A stretch of 63,327 nt of DNA, counting the filler, from Nitrospinae bacterium RIFCSPLOWO2_12_FULL_45_22 (lineage in GTDB: Bacteria; 2-12-FULL-45-22): the NCBI GenBank assembly GCA_001803565.1. It is 6 parts of 6 records of this genome, joined end to end, with 100 filler letters (N's around TTAATTAATTAA, not from the genome) between each part and the next. Parts side by side here need not be neighbours in the genome. Positions count along the whole stretch, not along the records: positions 38,316 to 47,408 come from MHDQ01000264.1; positions 47,509 to 63,327 come from MHDQ01000267.1; 4 more parts are not named here. One strand, written 5' to 3'. Numbering within the stretch: the stretch's first letter is position 1; each line of letters opens with the position of its first letter. Positions 40,608 to 51,725 of the stretch are shown piece by piece. The notes beneath the pieces are model-generated. The model did no database searches. It was not told the origin of the DNA and was given only the letters and a program-made list of their open reading frames with translations. Position numbers and translations under genes: made by a program.

Positions 40608-42049
40608 GTCTCGACTGCCAACCTCTCAAAGGCCCTTAAGAGATCTTTTTCTTCACCCTTCTGCACTGTCCTCAAGTCAAAACAGAGCCGCTCCTTATGG
40701 ATTCGGCCCAATATAGGGGGGTCATGGTGGCGAAAGAATTCTTCCAGGCTATCGGGGGATAATTTAGCGGAGTGGATAGCTATAACTTTAGTGGGGATCT
40801 GTTCTAGGGGCAAGGCCCCGCCCCCTACTTGAGAGTAATCATCTTCTAAGGTAATTTCCCAAAGGCCCGGGTTATCAATCCGGTTTATTTTTCGAATCAA
40901 GGCCCTACTCCGCCTCTCAATCTCCTCTTTCAGCATAGTCAGCATCTGTAGGGTAGGGATCCTTTTTGGGGCTGCTTCTTCATCAAGGTAAGCATTAAGC
41001 GTGGCTTCCAGGGTAGCTATGGTTAATTTATCTACCCGGACAGCCCGCATCAGAGGATTCTTTTTGATAGCATCCAGGTATTTCTTTTTCCCTAAAATAA
41101 TACCGGCCTGGGGGCCTCCCAGTAGCTTATCACCGCTAAAAGTAACAATATCTATCCCGCTCCTTAGTACCTCTTGTACTGTAGGTTCGTAGGAGAGCCC
41201 GTAACGGCGCAGGTCTACCAGGTTGCCACTGCCCAGGTCTTCCATCACCGGTATATTAAAGCGCCTACCCAACCCTACCAGCTCGTCGGCTGTTACGCTA
41301 GCAGTAAATCCTACTACCCGGAAATTGCTGGTATGTACCTTAAGCAGAAGGGCAGTCTCGTGGGTTATGGCGCTTTCATAATCCTGCAAATAGGTCTTGT
41401 TAGTAGTACCTATCTCTATTAGCCGGGCGCCACTCTTGCGCATTATATCCGGTATACGAAAAGAACCGCCTATCTCTACTAGCTCGCCTCGTGAAACAAT
41501 CACTTCTTTATCCCTGGCCAGAGTTTCTAGCGAGATCAGTACTGCGGCGGCATTGTTATTTACCGCCAGTGCTGTTTCAGCACCAGTTAGGCCCTTCAGG
41601 ATATTCTCCAGATGCATATATCGGGAGCCCCGCTCGCCCTGGTCTAACTGATATTCCAGGTTAGAATAAGAGCCAGCAATAATCCTTAAGTTGTCCAGGG
41701 CAGCCTGGCTCAGGATAGAACGACCAATATTGGTATGCACTATTATACCGGTAGCATTAATAACCTTTTTTAAGCTAAAAGAGGTCTGCTGGGACATTAC
41801 TTGGGCCGCTTCTTCCAGTAGATATTCGGCAGATAATTTTAACTTTATCCCTTCCAGCTCGGCTAGAGACCTAGCCTGGATGATGGAGCTACGCTTCTCC
41901 GCCAACACTTCCCGCAACGTAGCTAAAAGGAGGGCTTTGGGCTGGGAATCGTCCACTTTCTGTAGGATATTATCCACCGAGGGTAAAAGGCGCAGGCAAG
42001 CCTTCCNNNNNNNNNNCTGTTTATCTAATTCTGGGGTTTCTACCAGCAT
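40604..42049 (-). CDS. selA: L-seryl-tRNA(Sec) selenium transferase
   Basis: [37 protein letters not shown]; 10 Ns near the 5' end make the start uncertain. Confidence 0.95.
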   Translation of the reverse strand: MLVETPELDKQXXXXKACLRLLPSVDNILQKVDDSQPKALLLATLREVLAEKRSSIIQARSLAELEGIKLKLSAEYLLEEAAQVMSQQTSFSLKKVINATGIIVHTNIGRSILSQAALDNLRIIAGSYSNLEYQLDQGERGSRYMHLENILKGLTGAETALAVNNNAAAVLISLETLARDKEVIVSRGELVEIGGSFRIPDIMRKSGARLIEIGTTNKTYLQDYESAITHETALLLKVHTSNFRVVGFTASVTADELVGLGRRFNIPVMEDLGSGNLVDLRRYGLSYEPTVQEVLRSGIDIVTFSGDKLLGGPQAGIILGKKKYLDAIKKNPLMRAVRVDKLTIATLEATLNAYLDEEAAPKRIPTLQMLTMLKEEIERRSRALIRKINRIDNPGLWEITLEDDYSQVGGGALPLEQIPTKVIAIHSAKLSPDSLEEFFRHHDPPILGRIHKERLCFDLRTVQKGEEKDLLRAFERLAVET

Positions 42050-42106
42050 TATTAGAATCTATTCCTAAATTAATAAACATTCGGTTAGCCCGTGGAGATA
42101 AAGATG

Positions 42107-42371
42107 AACCACAAAGGCACAAAGTACACAAAGGAAATACTGCAAAATGATATGTACTTTTTTATATCAACTTTTCTTTTTGACACGATAGACGGGATGG
42201 CCAGGCTCATGCTAATCTTGTTATCCTGTCAAATATATTTCTAGATGGTAACCGTTCAACCAAGACAGGCTAGACCCCCCCTAAGTGCTACTTGTTAGCT
42301 TGTATCATCCATACGGAGTAGGGGCGTTGCATGCAACGCCCCTACTTTGTATTCTTTGTGCCTTTGTGGTT
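42107..42371. repeat. palindromic intergenic element containing a GTAG-type REP
   Basis: Perfect 18-bp IR AACCACAAAGGCACAAAG/CTTTGTGCCTTTGTGGTT; perfect 28-bp palindrome GTAGGGGCGTTGCATGCAACGCCCCTAC at 42318-42345. Confidence 0.85.
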
Positions 42372-42410
42372 GGTATGGGTTTACCGAATATTTACAATAT
42401 CCGGGATATA

Positions 42411-42439
42411 ATCTTAGCCATAATTGTTATTTACGTCAA
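42411..42439 (-). promoter_or_regulatory. putative sigma70 promoter for selAB
   Basis: TTGACG-17 nt-TAAGAT on the minus strand. Confidence 0.5.
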
Positions 42440-42592
42440 GGCAGAAAGGCCGTATAATATTTCTGGTGATAGAGATAATGCTATCAAGAAATGAACGAGG
42501 GGGTTGATGATTTCCCTTTGGAGGAAGTATTGAGGCCGAGGCAAATTCTTTTATTACATTGTGATATAATAAATCCAAAGAGGATATAAGTT

Positions 42593-42763
42593 ATGCAAAG
42601 AAACGACTCTATCAGATATTTTGAAAATGCAAAAGAGATTTTAAGCAAGTCTCGGATTGAGGACCATAGATTTACTGACGTAAAATATGTTAAGTCGGCT
42701 TGCGGTGTTGCTTATCTAGGTGTGTTGAAGGCTATTAAGGATTTTATTGAGAAGTTGAAATAA
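42593..42763 (+). pseudogene. short DUF5618-like ORF (56 aa), probably truncated
   Basis: MQRNDSIRYFENAKEILSKSRIEDHRFTDVKYVKSACGVAYLGVLKAI...; AGAGGA RBS; family recalled from memory. Confidence 0.5.
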
Positions 42764-42764
42764 T

Positions 42765-43628
42765 ATGAAAGAGTTGCAGAAGATAGGGGTTATTGCCAAA
42801 CATAGGAAGAAAGAAGCGGCTGAGATTATCAGGGAACTAATTGAGTGGCTAAAAGGAAAAAAGGTGGAGGTTTTTTTGGACTCTGATAGTGCTGCTTTGA
42901 TCAATGCTAAATCCCAGTACCTAAAGTCTGAAATCCCTTCTCTGGTAGACCTGATCATTGTTTTGGGTGGTGATGGTACCCTGCTTAGTGTAGCCCGGTT
43001 AGTAGATGGCAAAGATGTGCCGGTTTTGGGGGTAAATTTAGGTGCTTTAGGGTTTTTAACCGAAACAACCCTGGAAGAGCTCTATCCTTTACTGGAGCAG
43101 GTTTTAACGGGTGATTATCAAGTTTCTGAGCGGATGCTCCTCAATACCCATATCCACCGCCAGGGGGAGCGGCTGACCCAGTACCCGGTTCTCAACGACG
43201 TAGTAATAAATAAAGGGGCCTTAGCCAGGATTATTGAGCTAGAAGTCTATATTGATAAAGCCTATGTTAATACTTTTAGGGCTGATGGCTTGATCGTGTC
43301 TACCCCTACAGGCTCAACGGCGTACTCTTTAGCGGCTGGTGGCCCTATTATTCATCCTACGATGGAGGCCCTTGTTATCAACCCCATTTGCCCGCATATG
43401 TTAACCAATCGGCCCATAGTAGTCCCGGCGGATGTTAAGATCGAGGTTATCCTGCAATCAGAGATGGAAGATGTGCATGTGACATTGGATGGTCAGGTAG
43501 GTTTTGCCTTGCGCTATCGGGACATAGTCGAGATAAGGCGGGCAACGGGAAGGATAAAACTGATCAAGTCATCCAGCCGTGACTATTATCAGATCTGGCG
43601 CACCAAGCTCAAATGGGGCGAGCGCTAA
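42765..43628 (+). CDS. nadK: NAD+ kinase
   Basis: LGGDGT, GVNLGALGFL, LND, TPTGSTAYSLAAGG. Confidence 0.96.
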   Translation: MKELQKIGVIAKHRKKEAAEIIRELIEWLKGKKVEVFLDSDSAALINAKSQYLKSEIPSLVDLIIVLGGDGTLLSVARLVDGKDVPVLGVNLGALGFLTETTLEELYPLLEQVLTGDYQVSERMLLNTHIHRQGERLTQYPVLNDVVINKGALARIIELEVYIDKAYVNTFRADGLIVSTPTGSTAYSLAAGGPIIHPTMEALVINPICPHMLTNRPIVVPADVKIEVILQSEMEDVHVTLDGQVGFALRYRDIVEIRRATGRIKLIKSSSRDYYQIWRTKLKWGER

Positions 43629-43629
43629 G

Positions 43630-45339
43630 ATGCTCCAGGAATTATATATTAAAAATTTTGCTATCATCCCTGAATTACGTGCCCAATTTTATCCGGACCT
43701 AAATGTCTTTACCGGAGAGACCGGTGCGGGGAAATCTATACTTATTGAGGCCCTGGCCTTAGTCTTGGGCGGTAAAGTCCAGCGAGAATATCTCCGCTCC
43801 AATCAGGAACCTACCGTGGTAGAGGCCCTCTTTGCTCTAAACAATCTCCCTAAAGTCAAGAAAAGATTGACGGAACTAGGTATTGAAGCCGAAGATGATA
43901 CCTTGATCCTGAGCCGCATTATTGAGCCTACAGGAAAGAGCAAGGCTTATATCAACCGTTCTCTGGTCCCTGCCCTTAAACTGGCTGAAATGGGCGATTT
44001 GCTGGTTGATATCCACGGCCAACACTCGCATCAAACCCTCCTCCATACGGAAAATCACCTGGAGCTTTTGGATGCTTACGGAGATTTATCCTTACTAAGG
44101 GATGAGTTAACTGGCCAGTATCGCCACCTACAAGGATTAGTTAAGAGGCTCAATGAATTGACCCTGGCTCAGCAAGAGGAAGTCCGGCAGATGGAGTTGG
44201 TTAGCTACCAACTCCAGGAGATTGACCGGGCCCAGCTTAAACCAGGAGAAGAAGAGGAGCTGGGGCGGGAGAGAGAAATTTTACAGCATGCGGAAAAGCT
44301 ATCAGAGACCGCCCATGAGGCATATAATCAGCTCTATGCCTCCCAGGGGTCAGCGCTGGAGCGGTTCAAGAAGGTCCTTGCTGGCCTTCAGGAGATGGCT
44401 AAAATAGACCCCCAGTGGAGCAATCTGATCGGGAGCGGTGAGTCAGTGTTATACCAACTAGAGGATATGGCTTTGAACCTCAGGGATTATTCTCGCAAGC
44501 TCTATTTTGATCCAGAGAGGCTGAGGCGGCTGGAGGAGCGGTGGCAAGAGTTGAATATCCTGAAGCGGAAATATGGCCCTACTATCGAGGCTATCCTGGA
44601 GTTGCGCAAAACCCTGGAAGAAAAACTTTCTTCTAATTTAAATAGGGAAGAAGAGCTAGGTAAACTAAAAGAAACTATTGCCCTATTAATGAAGGAGATA
44701 GAAAAGGCTGCCCTTAACCTTTCAGTCGAGCGAACAAAGGCGGCTGCGAAAATAGAGCAAATGATGCAAGAAGAACTAAAGGAGTTGGGTATGCCCCAGC
44801 CTCATTTTTTCATCTCTTTTTACCGCGAGAAGGATGAAGAAGGATTTGTGCAGTATCAAGGAGATACGGTAGCCCTACATCCTAAGGGGATAGAAAGGGT
44901 AGAGTTTATGATTGCTCCTAATCCAGGGGAAGGGCTAAAGCCCCTGGCCAAGATAGCCTCGGGTGGTGAGATATCCCGCATAATGCTGGCCTTAAAAACT
45001 ATCCTGGTACAAGCAGATCAGATACCCACCCTGGTTTTTGATGAGGTGGATGTAGGGATAGGTGGGCGGATTGCTGAGGTGGTCGGAAAGAAACTGAAAG
45101 ATATTGCCCGGTTTCGTCAGGTATTCTGTATAACTCATCTGCCACAGATTGCCTCCACAGCCCAGGCCCATTTTTTTATCGAGAAGAAGATATCGGGTGG
45201 CAGGACCTATACTACTGTCAGGGAGTTATCGCCAGCAGAAAGAATAGAAGAGATAGCCAGGATGTCTGGTGGAGAAATAATTAGTACGGCTACCCGGGAG
45301 CATGCTAAAGAGCTCTTGCAGCGCGGAGTTAATTCTTAA
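43630..45339 (+). CDS. recN: DNA repair protein RecN
   Basis: TGETGAGKS, DIHGQH, ASGGEISR, FDEVDVG, CITHLPQIA; conserved nadK-recN order. Confidence 0.96.
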   Translation: MLQELYIKNFAIIPELRAQFYPDLNVFTGETGAGKSILIEALALVLGGKVQREYLRSNQEPTVVEALFALNNLPKVKKRLTELGIEAEDDTLILSRIIEPTGKSKAYINRSLVPALKLAEMGDLLVDIHGQHSHQTLLHTENHLELLDAYGDLSLLRDELTGQYRHLQGLVKRLNELTLAQQEEVRQMELVSYQLQEIDRAQLKPGEEEELGREREILQHAEKLSETAHEAYNQLYASQGSALERFKKVLAGLQEMAKIDPQWSNLIGSGESVLYQLEDMALNLRDYSRKLYFDPERLRRLEERWQELNILKRKYGPTIEAILELRKTLEEKLSSNLNREEELGKLKETIALLMKEIEKAALNLSVERTKAAAKIEQMMQEELKELGMPQPHFFISFYREKDEEGFVQYQGDTVALHPKGIERVEFMIAPNPGEGLKPLAKIASGGEISRIMLALKTILVQADQIPTLVFDEVDVGIGGRIAEVVGKKLKDIARFRQVFCITHLPQIASTAQAHFFIEKKISGGRTYTTVRELSPAERIEEIARMSGGEIISTATREHAKELLQRGVNS

Positions 45340-45367
45340 GCTATCACCCTGATTTAATAAAGTTTAC

Positions 45368-45396
45368 TTGACCTAGCTAATCAATTCCGTTATTAT
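45368..45396 (+). promoter_or_regulatory. putative sigma70 promoter for gspD
   Basis: TTGACC-17 nt-TATTAT. Confidence 0.45.
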
Positions 45397-45463
45397 TAGG
45401 CAATTCTAAGGCAATTTAACAGCTATAGTAGCTTATTCAAACGATTGGCTTAGTCAAAAAGTT

Positions 45464-47408
45464 ATGTCCCAAGTCTATATATTTTACCCCTTACTACCAT
45501 TACTGTGGTTATTGCTCTTCTCTAGTTGTACCCCTCTGCACAGTCCGATCCCAAAAAGTTCTATTAAGGAACAACAAAAGGCAGTACTTATCCAGAGCAA
45601 GGATAAACGGGATAAAGAAATCTCAGTAGAGGAAAAGATTGAGGAAGCAGAAAGACCTAAGGAGCCTATCCTGGTTGAAGTGCCTACGCATTCTTCCCCA
45701 GAAAAGCCTATGCCAGAGAACGTCCTGCCGAAGCAAATAGCTGCCCCGGAGGGAAAAGGCCCCTCCCCGAAAGGAGAAGAACAACTCCTGACCCTAAATT
45801 TCGATAATGCTGATATATACGATGTTGTACATACCCTGGGTGAATTACTGGGTATAAACTATATCATTGATCCCCGGGTTAGGGGTACGGTAAACATCAG
45901 GACCTCTGAAAAGGTAACGAAAAAGGAGATTCTACCGATTTTGGAGGCTATCTTCCGGGCTAACAATTTAACCGCAGTAAAGGAGGGCAATATCTATCAT
46001 ATCATACCTTCTGCTGAAGCCCCCAGAAGGCTTATCACCCCTAGAGTAGGCAAAGAAAAAGGTGAACTGGCACCTTCAGACCAGATCCTTATCCAGATCG
46101 TACCCCTTAATTATATACCGGTAAAGGATGTAATTAATCTCATTAAACCCTTCCTCTCATCAGAAGCAATCCTTACCGGCTATGATAAGGACAACCTCGT
46201 CATCATAACCGATTTTGCCTCTAATATTAAAAAAGTATTGGGTATTATTGAGACCTTGGATACTGATATCTTTAAAGAGGTAAAGTTTCGGCTCTTTGCC
46301 TTAAAGAACAGCAAGGCCGAAGATGTGGCTAAGGAATTAGAGCAGATATTTGGGGCCTTGGAAGTGCCTACTAAGACTGGCCGGGGTGGTGGGGCGAGCT
46401 TCATTCCGATTCCCCGCATCAATGCCATACTGGTTATTAGTAGCCTCCCACGGCTCTTGCTTGAGGTAGAGACCTGGCTCCAACAACTGGATCAGGTAAT
46501 AGCCGAAGAGGAAGTAAAGACCTATGTATATTTCGTAGAGAATGGCACCGCCAAAGACTTGGCCGACATATTAAATCAGCTCTTCGGGGAGGGCAAGCCA
46601 GAAGAAAAAAAGGCCCCACTGGCTGAAGGGAAAGAAGCGCCGCTACCGGGCAGGCGCGGGAGACGGGAACAGGAACAGAGACCACCAGAAACCAGTGCGG
46701 GTCGAGAATCTTCAGCTATGGTTGGGGCTATAGCGGGTGAAGTAAAGATCGTCGCCCATGAAGCTACTAACTCTCTCATTATAAAGGCTACCCCCAGGGA
46801 TTATCGTCTCGTCAGGCAGATACTCAAAGAGTTAGATATTATGCCCCGTCAGGTGGTTATTGAGGCCCTAATAGCCGAAGTGTCGCTGGATAGGTCTACC
46901 CAGTTTGGTGTGGAGGCCCTCTTTACCACGAAGAGTACCACGGCAGGAACCGAATTTGGTGCGATAGCGGCAGATATTGCGAAAAGGGTTATCCCAGCCG
47001 GAGGGCTTACCTATAATGTTGTTCGAGGAGATGTGATAGCTACCCTAAATGCCCTGGCCAGCGAGAATAAAGTCCATATCCTCTCCACCCCCAAGATCAT
47101 TGCCTCAGACAATAAGGAAGCGTCTATTGATGTTGGTGCCGAGGTGCCTTTGGTATCAACTGAGTTCCGGGATGTTGTCGCGGCTGGAAGGGTCCAGACT
47201 ACTATCGAGCGCCGCGATACTGGTGTGATCCTCAAAGTTACCCCCCATATCAACTCTACTGGTCTGGTTACCCTCGATTTAGACCTGGAAGTGAGTGAGG
47301 CCCAGCCGAAAACAGTAGCGGGTCAGACCGATATAAGCATCTTTCAGCGGAAAGCCCTTACCTCGTTGGTGGTACAGGATGGTCAGACACTTCTTATTGG
47401 TGGCTTAA
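45464..47408 (+). CDS. gspD: type II secretion secretin GspD (3' partial)
   Basis: LNFDNADI, NYIIDPRVRG, RQVVIEALIAEV, TGVILKVTPHIN, DGQTLLIGGL; lipobox FSSC. Confidence 0.9.
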
Positions 47409-47508
47409 NNNNNNNNNNNNNNNNNNNNNNNNNNNNNNNNNNNNNNNNNNNNTTAATTAATTAANNNNNNNNNNNNNNNNNNNNNNNNNNNNNNNNNNNN
47501 NNNNNNNN
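47409..47508. other. artificial contig-join spacer
   Basis: N-run with TTAATTAATTAA. Confidence 0.97.
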
Positions 47509-47860
47509 CCAAAAGATTGGTCAGAATAAGGTTAGGGAGCGAGCCTCGATACCTTCTTAATTGCTCAGAATCCTCCTGATCGCTAAGGTTTATATCAGGC
47601 AATTTGACCTCAATATAACCTACTATTTTCCCATCTGTCCTGATAAGGAAATCAGGGATGCCAACCGCGGTCCTTTTGGGCTGCACCAGCACCCCAGCAT
47701 CCTCTTTAGATAGGAATAAAGGCACACATTTCTCTATCAAGGTCTTTAAAAAAGGATAGAAGCTCTCTTCCCGGAAGTCCCCGGTCACATAAATCCCATG
47801 TATCTCCTTAAAATAATCTTTAACAACCTCATCGAGCTTATCCCTCTCTGTCCCCTTCAT
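47509..47860 (-). CDS. N-terminal nuclease domain of a second fused restriction-modification enzyme (3' partial)
   Basis: EESFYP, GIPDF, VGYIEVK, EQLRRY, NLILTN (PD-ExK pattern). Confidence 0.75.
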
Positions 47861-48003
47861 CTATCCTTTCCTAATCGCAACGAGGTTTTGCTTAGACAGA
47901 TTTTGAGCTGAAGAACTTGTCTATCTTATGGTGCTCGTAATAAGCATTAATCATTTAGAAACCACTGGACTGTTAGTCAATGTTCTCTAAAACCCAACTT
48001 CAT

Positions 48004-51000
48004 TTAGCTTCTTAGCATTTGTGCAACAAGAGCATCTATTTCATCTAATTCTCTTTTAAGTATTTGGCGCACCTTCAACCTTAATACACCAATGCTTTTT
48101 ATCTTCCCGAAGTGACCCGATTGAATCCACCTAGTAACCTCCTTGCTACAACTCTTTCCCAATTGAGTAAGCCGGAGATGATCCTTATTCAAGGGGTCAA
48201 ATTGGGTAATAGGAAGCTCCAGGACTTTTTTATGAATATCCCGGGGGCCATACTGCCCCCGACTTTGCATAGGTTTTATTAACTTATCCGTAATGGGTGC
48301 ATTAAGGATAGCTACGAGATAGTAAGCTTCATCGGCGTTCTCTGTCTCTAGGCAGTAAGTCTTAGTATCCGCCACAAACCCTCTAGACTCTATTTCCTGC
48401 CCGCCGATGTCAAACCTTATGGGTTTCTTCTCTACTATACAGGCTGTCAGATAAGTACCAGAAGTATTATAAAGCACCCGATACTTAACCTGCGGGTTTT
48501 GCCGGGATAAGCCATGAACTCGGTCTAGCCTTTCATAAATACTCATACCTTCAGCCTTTGCACCTCGCTTCTTCCCCCATTCCTCCTGCGCCTTAATAAG
48601 CCAATCTTTGAGATGATAGAAACCTCTCACATGGGCCTTATCAACATTTAAGAGCCGGTAGCCATCTTTTACTGGTTCAATAGGAAGTACCACTAGCCGA
48701 TAGTCTAGATGCCCGAAGGGTAAGAGCTCGGCCGAGAGCAGAGTAGCATAGAGGAATCTGTTTTCTACATTCCCTCTTATCACTGCATTTTTATAATTGT
48801 TCTTGGCCTCTCTCCTGGCCCGCTCAGAACTTTCCAGAGGCGGAAGCTGGGGATCGAAACCCAAGATAGTAGATGCCCTGACCTCTACAAACCAAAAAGA
48901 GCGGGGAACAATGGTAGCCCCTTGAAAGAAGTGCCTCTTGTAAAAACTCTCTTTTGACGAAACTAGGTCTTTCTCGATAGCCCAGAATGACCTTTTGCCC
49001 TTTTGGTGCAAGTAAAGCTCTACATCTTCTATTTTCAAACAACCCTCTGCTTCATCCAAAGAGGCATTGCGCCGAGGAAGTTTTCCCCTAAGTCTTTGAC
49101 CTCGGATAGGATAGAATGCTTTTGCCTGCTTCTGTCTCTCGGCAAAGAGGACACAAGATGGTACCTGGAACAACGGCTTCACCTCCTCCGCGTCCCAAAC
49201 CTCCTGGGGCTGTAACATCGAATCTTGATTTACATTAAGCTTAAATTTCCCCTGTCTCAGCCCATCGTGCTGATCAGCCGTAAAGATGCTCCTGGGAAGC
49301 ACAAAACCTATTGTCCCTCCTTCTTTAAGATACAGATGGGCCGTCCTAAGTAGAAATAAGGTGCCTAATTCCAAGTGAGTAATAAGCTCACCACGTCCTG
49401 AAAAGAGGTTATAGGTTTTAGTGATTTGCTCCTTGAGAAATTGCTGATATTGAGGGTCAGCATAACGGAAGGCGAGCCAGGGAGGATTGCCGATCACAAA
49501 ATCGAATTTACCCTTGAGGAATAGGGGCTTATAGATATTTTTGAGGATAAAGGCCCAGATAGTGTCCCGTCGAGACTCCATAAATTCCTTCAAAGCCTTA
49601 GTAATGCGGAAAAGGGCTTGTATAACGGTAATCTCTTTTGTTAAGGTTGTATGTTGTGTTCCAAGGTAGCTTAGAAACTGGGATTCATTGATATCTTTAT
49701 TGATATTCTGCTGAGCAAATTCCCTGGCCGCATCTATGGCCTCATCGTAAAGAGTGGGACTTTCAAGAAATTTTTCGGGAAGATAGATAACTTTACCGTC
49801 TAACTCAATTTTATAGTCAGCACCAGCGGCTTGTGCCCAGCGCTCCGGAAGCCTTATGGCATCTGAAAGGTAGACCGGTATGCTTATCTTTCCTTTGGTT
49901 TTACGTTTTTTGATAAGATCGCCCAAGGCAAGGAGATAATTAGTCTTGGCTATTATGGTAGCCAAGGGGTGAATGTCAACCCCAAATACCGAATGGAGGA
50001 TATGGTCTAAGGTATTTTGCGTATCTGGTAATTTAATTCGCTTCTCCCGGATGATTAGATAGAGAAAGGTGCCAGAACCACAAGCCGGGTCCAAGAAGGA
50101 TCTTTCTGGACTTTCTGCTATGAGTTTCTGAACCATGCGGTGGGCAAGCCAATCTGGGGTATAGAATTCCCCCAGGTCATGCCGGGTCTTGGGATCCACC
50201 AGTTCTTGATAGAGGGACTTGAGGACATCCTCGGAAAGTTCTCTGAGATTATAATTCCGAAGGAGACTAAAAAGCCCTATCGCAATCTCTACACCGGTAT
50301 CTTTAGCCTCCTCCCGGACGATCCAAGAAAAGAAATCCTCCTCCAGAAAGTTCTCTATCCCTTGCTCCTGGAAAAACCTTCCCCCCAATACCGAAAGGAT
50401 CTGGTTATTGTCCGGTGGGTTTTGGCTTTCAAAAAGTCGGCTCCAGACCATTAATTTAGCCAGGGTAGCTAAGTAAGTGTGTCGGCAAAATAGCTCTTCA
50501 TCAGCCACTGCACTACCGTATACAATGCGGAGATAGCGCTCCCACCCATCATAAATAACCTGGGTTTCTGACCTATCCCTGATGCTTTGCCAGAGGACAA
50601 AGAGGATAGCAGAAGCTACCTGAAAGGCATGGCTTCTGATCCCAAAATCTTTAATTATATCTTCTGTTTTTGGGGAAAGAATCTCTTTCCGGAGGAAATA
50701 CCGGTCTAACCAAAAATATACCGCTTGAGGAGGGGAAAATGACCAGTCAACCCGTTCAAGGGGTGTTAAGATCACATCTTCGGGGCTAATCTCTTCCTTG
50801 GCTGGTTTGGGGGCGGAAGGAGAATAGACTGCAAAATGCAACCCGTCCGTGGCTAGGCAAATATAAGGTGTTCGAGTTGGAACGGCTTCGGACGACCAAA
50901 GACAAGCTACATATCTCCTGAGCTGGTCTTCGGCCTCCCTTTGGTTTATTATCAGGTCCCGCTCAAATTCAATAATCAGATTTCCAAAGAGTTCATCTAT

Positions 51001-51252
51001 CCGGCCTTTAAGTATCCGGTCTTTTTGTTTCATCCTCACGTATTTTTCAACGCCAGCCAGGTAATCCTCTATAAAGCCTGGCTGGAGGCCGAAGAGTTCA
51101 TTTAGTAACAATAAAAATCGTTGAGACTTGGCAGGCTCACTATTTAATCCCTTTACAGATTCAATATATTCCGTAATGAGATTATCCCATTGGGATTGAC
51201 GCACCTCGGGGATACGAACTGATTTTTCGTGCAGTTTACTTTTCTTTTCCAT
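48004..51252 (-). CDS. Type IIG-like fused restriction endonuclease/amino-methyltransferase
   Basis: GEFYTP, DPACGSGTF, IGNPPW; N-terminal GRID...IIEFE nuclease-like motif. Confidence 0.88.
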   Translation of the reverse strand: MEKKSKLHEKSVRIPEVRQSQWDNLITEYIESVKGLNSEPAKSQRFLLLLNELFGLQPGFIEDYLAGVEKYVRMKQKDRILKGRIDELFGNLIIEFERDLIINQREAEDQLRRYVACLWSSEAVPTRTPYICLATDGLHFAVYSPSAPKPAKEEISPEDVILTPLERVDWSFSPPQAVYFWLDRYFLRKEILSPKTEDIIKDFGIRSHAFQVASAILFVLWQSIRDRSETQVIYDGWERYLRIVYGSAVADEELFCRHTYLATLAKLMVWSRLFESQNPPDNNQILSVLGGRFFQEQGIENFLEEDFFSWIVREEAKDTGVEIAIGLFSLLRNYNLRELSEDVLKSLYQELVDPKTRHDLGEFYTPDWLAHRMVQKLIAESPERSFLDPACGSGTFLYLIIREKRIKLPDTQNTLDHILHSVFGVDIHPLATIIAKTNYLLALGDLIKKRKTKGKISIPVYLSDAIRLPERWAQAAGADYKIELDGKVIYLPEKFLESPTLYDEAIDAAREFAQQNINKDINESQFLSYLGTQHTTLTKEITVIQALFRITKALKEFMESRRDTIWAFILKNIYKPLFLKGKFDFVIGNPPWLAFRYADPQYQQFLKEQITKTYNLFSGRGELITHLELGTLFLLRTAHLYLKEGGTIGFVLPRSIFTADQHDGLRQGKFKLNVNQDSMLQPQEVWDAEEVKPLFQVPSCVLFAERQKQAKAFYPIRGQRLRGKLPRRNASLDEAEGCLKIEDVELYLHQKGKRSFWAIEKDLVSSKESFYKRHFFQGATIVPRSFWFVEVRASTILGFDPQLPPLESSERARREAKNNYKNAVIRGNVENRFLYATLLSAELLPFGHLDYRLVVLPIEPVKDGYRLLNVDKAHVRGFYHLKDWLIKAQEEWGKKRGAKAEGMSIYERLDRVHGLSRQNPQVKYRVLYNTSGTYLTACIVEKKPIRFDIGGQEIESRGFVADTKTYCLETENADEAYYLVAILNAPITDKLIKPMQSRGQYGPRDIHKKVLELPITQFDPLNKDHLRLTQLGKSCSKEVTRWIQSGHFGKIKSIGVLRLKVRQILKRELDEIDALVAQMLRS

Positions 51253-51538
51253 GACTTAGAGTTTCCTTGATTATACGGCGGGCAATTTCAAAAGCCGCTG
51301 CGATCCGGATAATTTTAACATCCGAAAGGCCTTTAATGTCCAAAAACCTCTCCAGCGGTTGGTTTGCCATCTGAGAAAGAGAACCAAACCTCTCCAGCAC
51401 TTCCTCGGCAATCTTTAATGCCGGTCTCCCTTTAATACCTGCAGAAATGAGGATAGCCAGAAGCTCAGCCTCGGATAGGCTATCTGCTCCCAGTTCCCTT
51501 AATTTCCCCCCGGGATAATGCCACTTATTCATATTCAT
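51236..51538 (-). CDS. RadC/UPF0758 N-terminal HhH-only protein
   Basis: GADSLSEAELLAILI...IKGL...AAFEIARR; no JAB domain; overlaps the R-M start. Confidence 0.8.
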   Translation of the reverse strand: MNMNKWHYPGGKLRELGADSLSEAELLAILISAGIKGRPALKIAEEVLERFGSLSQMANQPLERFLDIKGLSDVKIIRIAAAFEIARRIIKETLSHGKEK

Positions 51539-51725
51539 AACTATCCTTTACTATTTTTAGTGGACCCCTCCAGCAGTACGATCCGTTCTTCTTAATACAA
51601 CCACATTGCCCGTTGCAATACCCCTGTAGCCAACTGTGCGATCGTATTTTGCCCGTTTTTCAAGTGAAGCCAAGGATAGCGAAGAGTGTTTATCTGCTGG
51701 TTTATGCTATAAATTTCATACATCA

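Noticed and set aside
38697-42049. tRNA-Sec or a selenoprotein near selAB
   Set aside because: No tRNA cloverleaf was recognised, and no gene needing in-frame UGA readthrough was seen.
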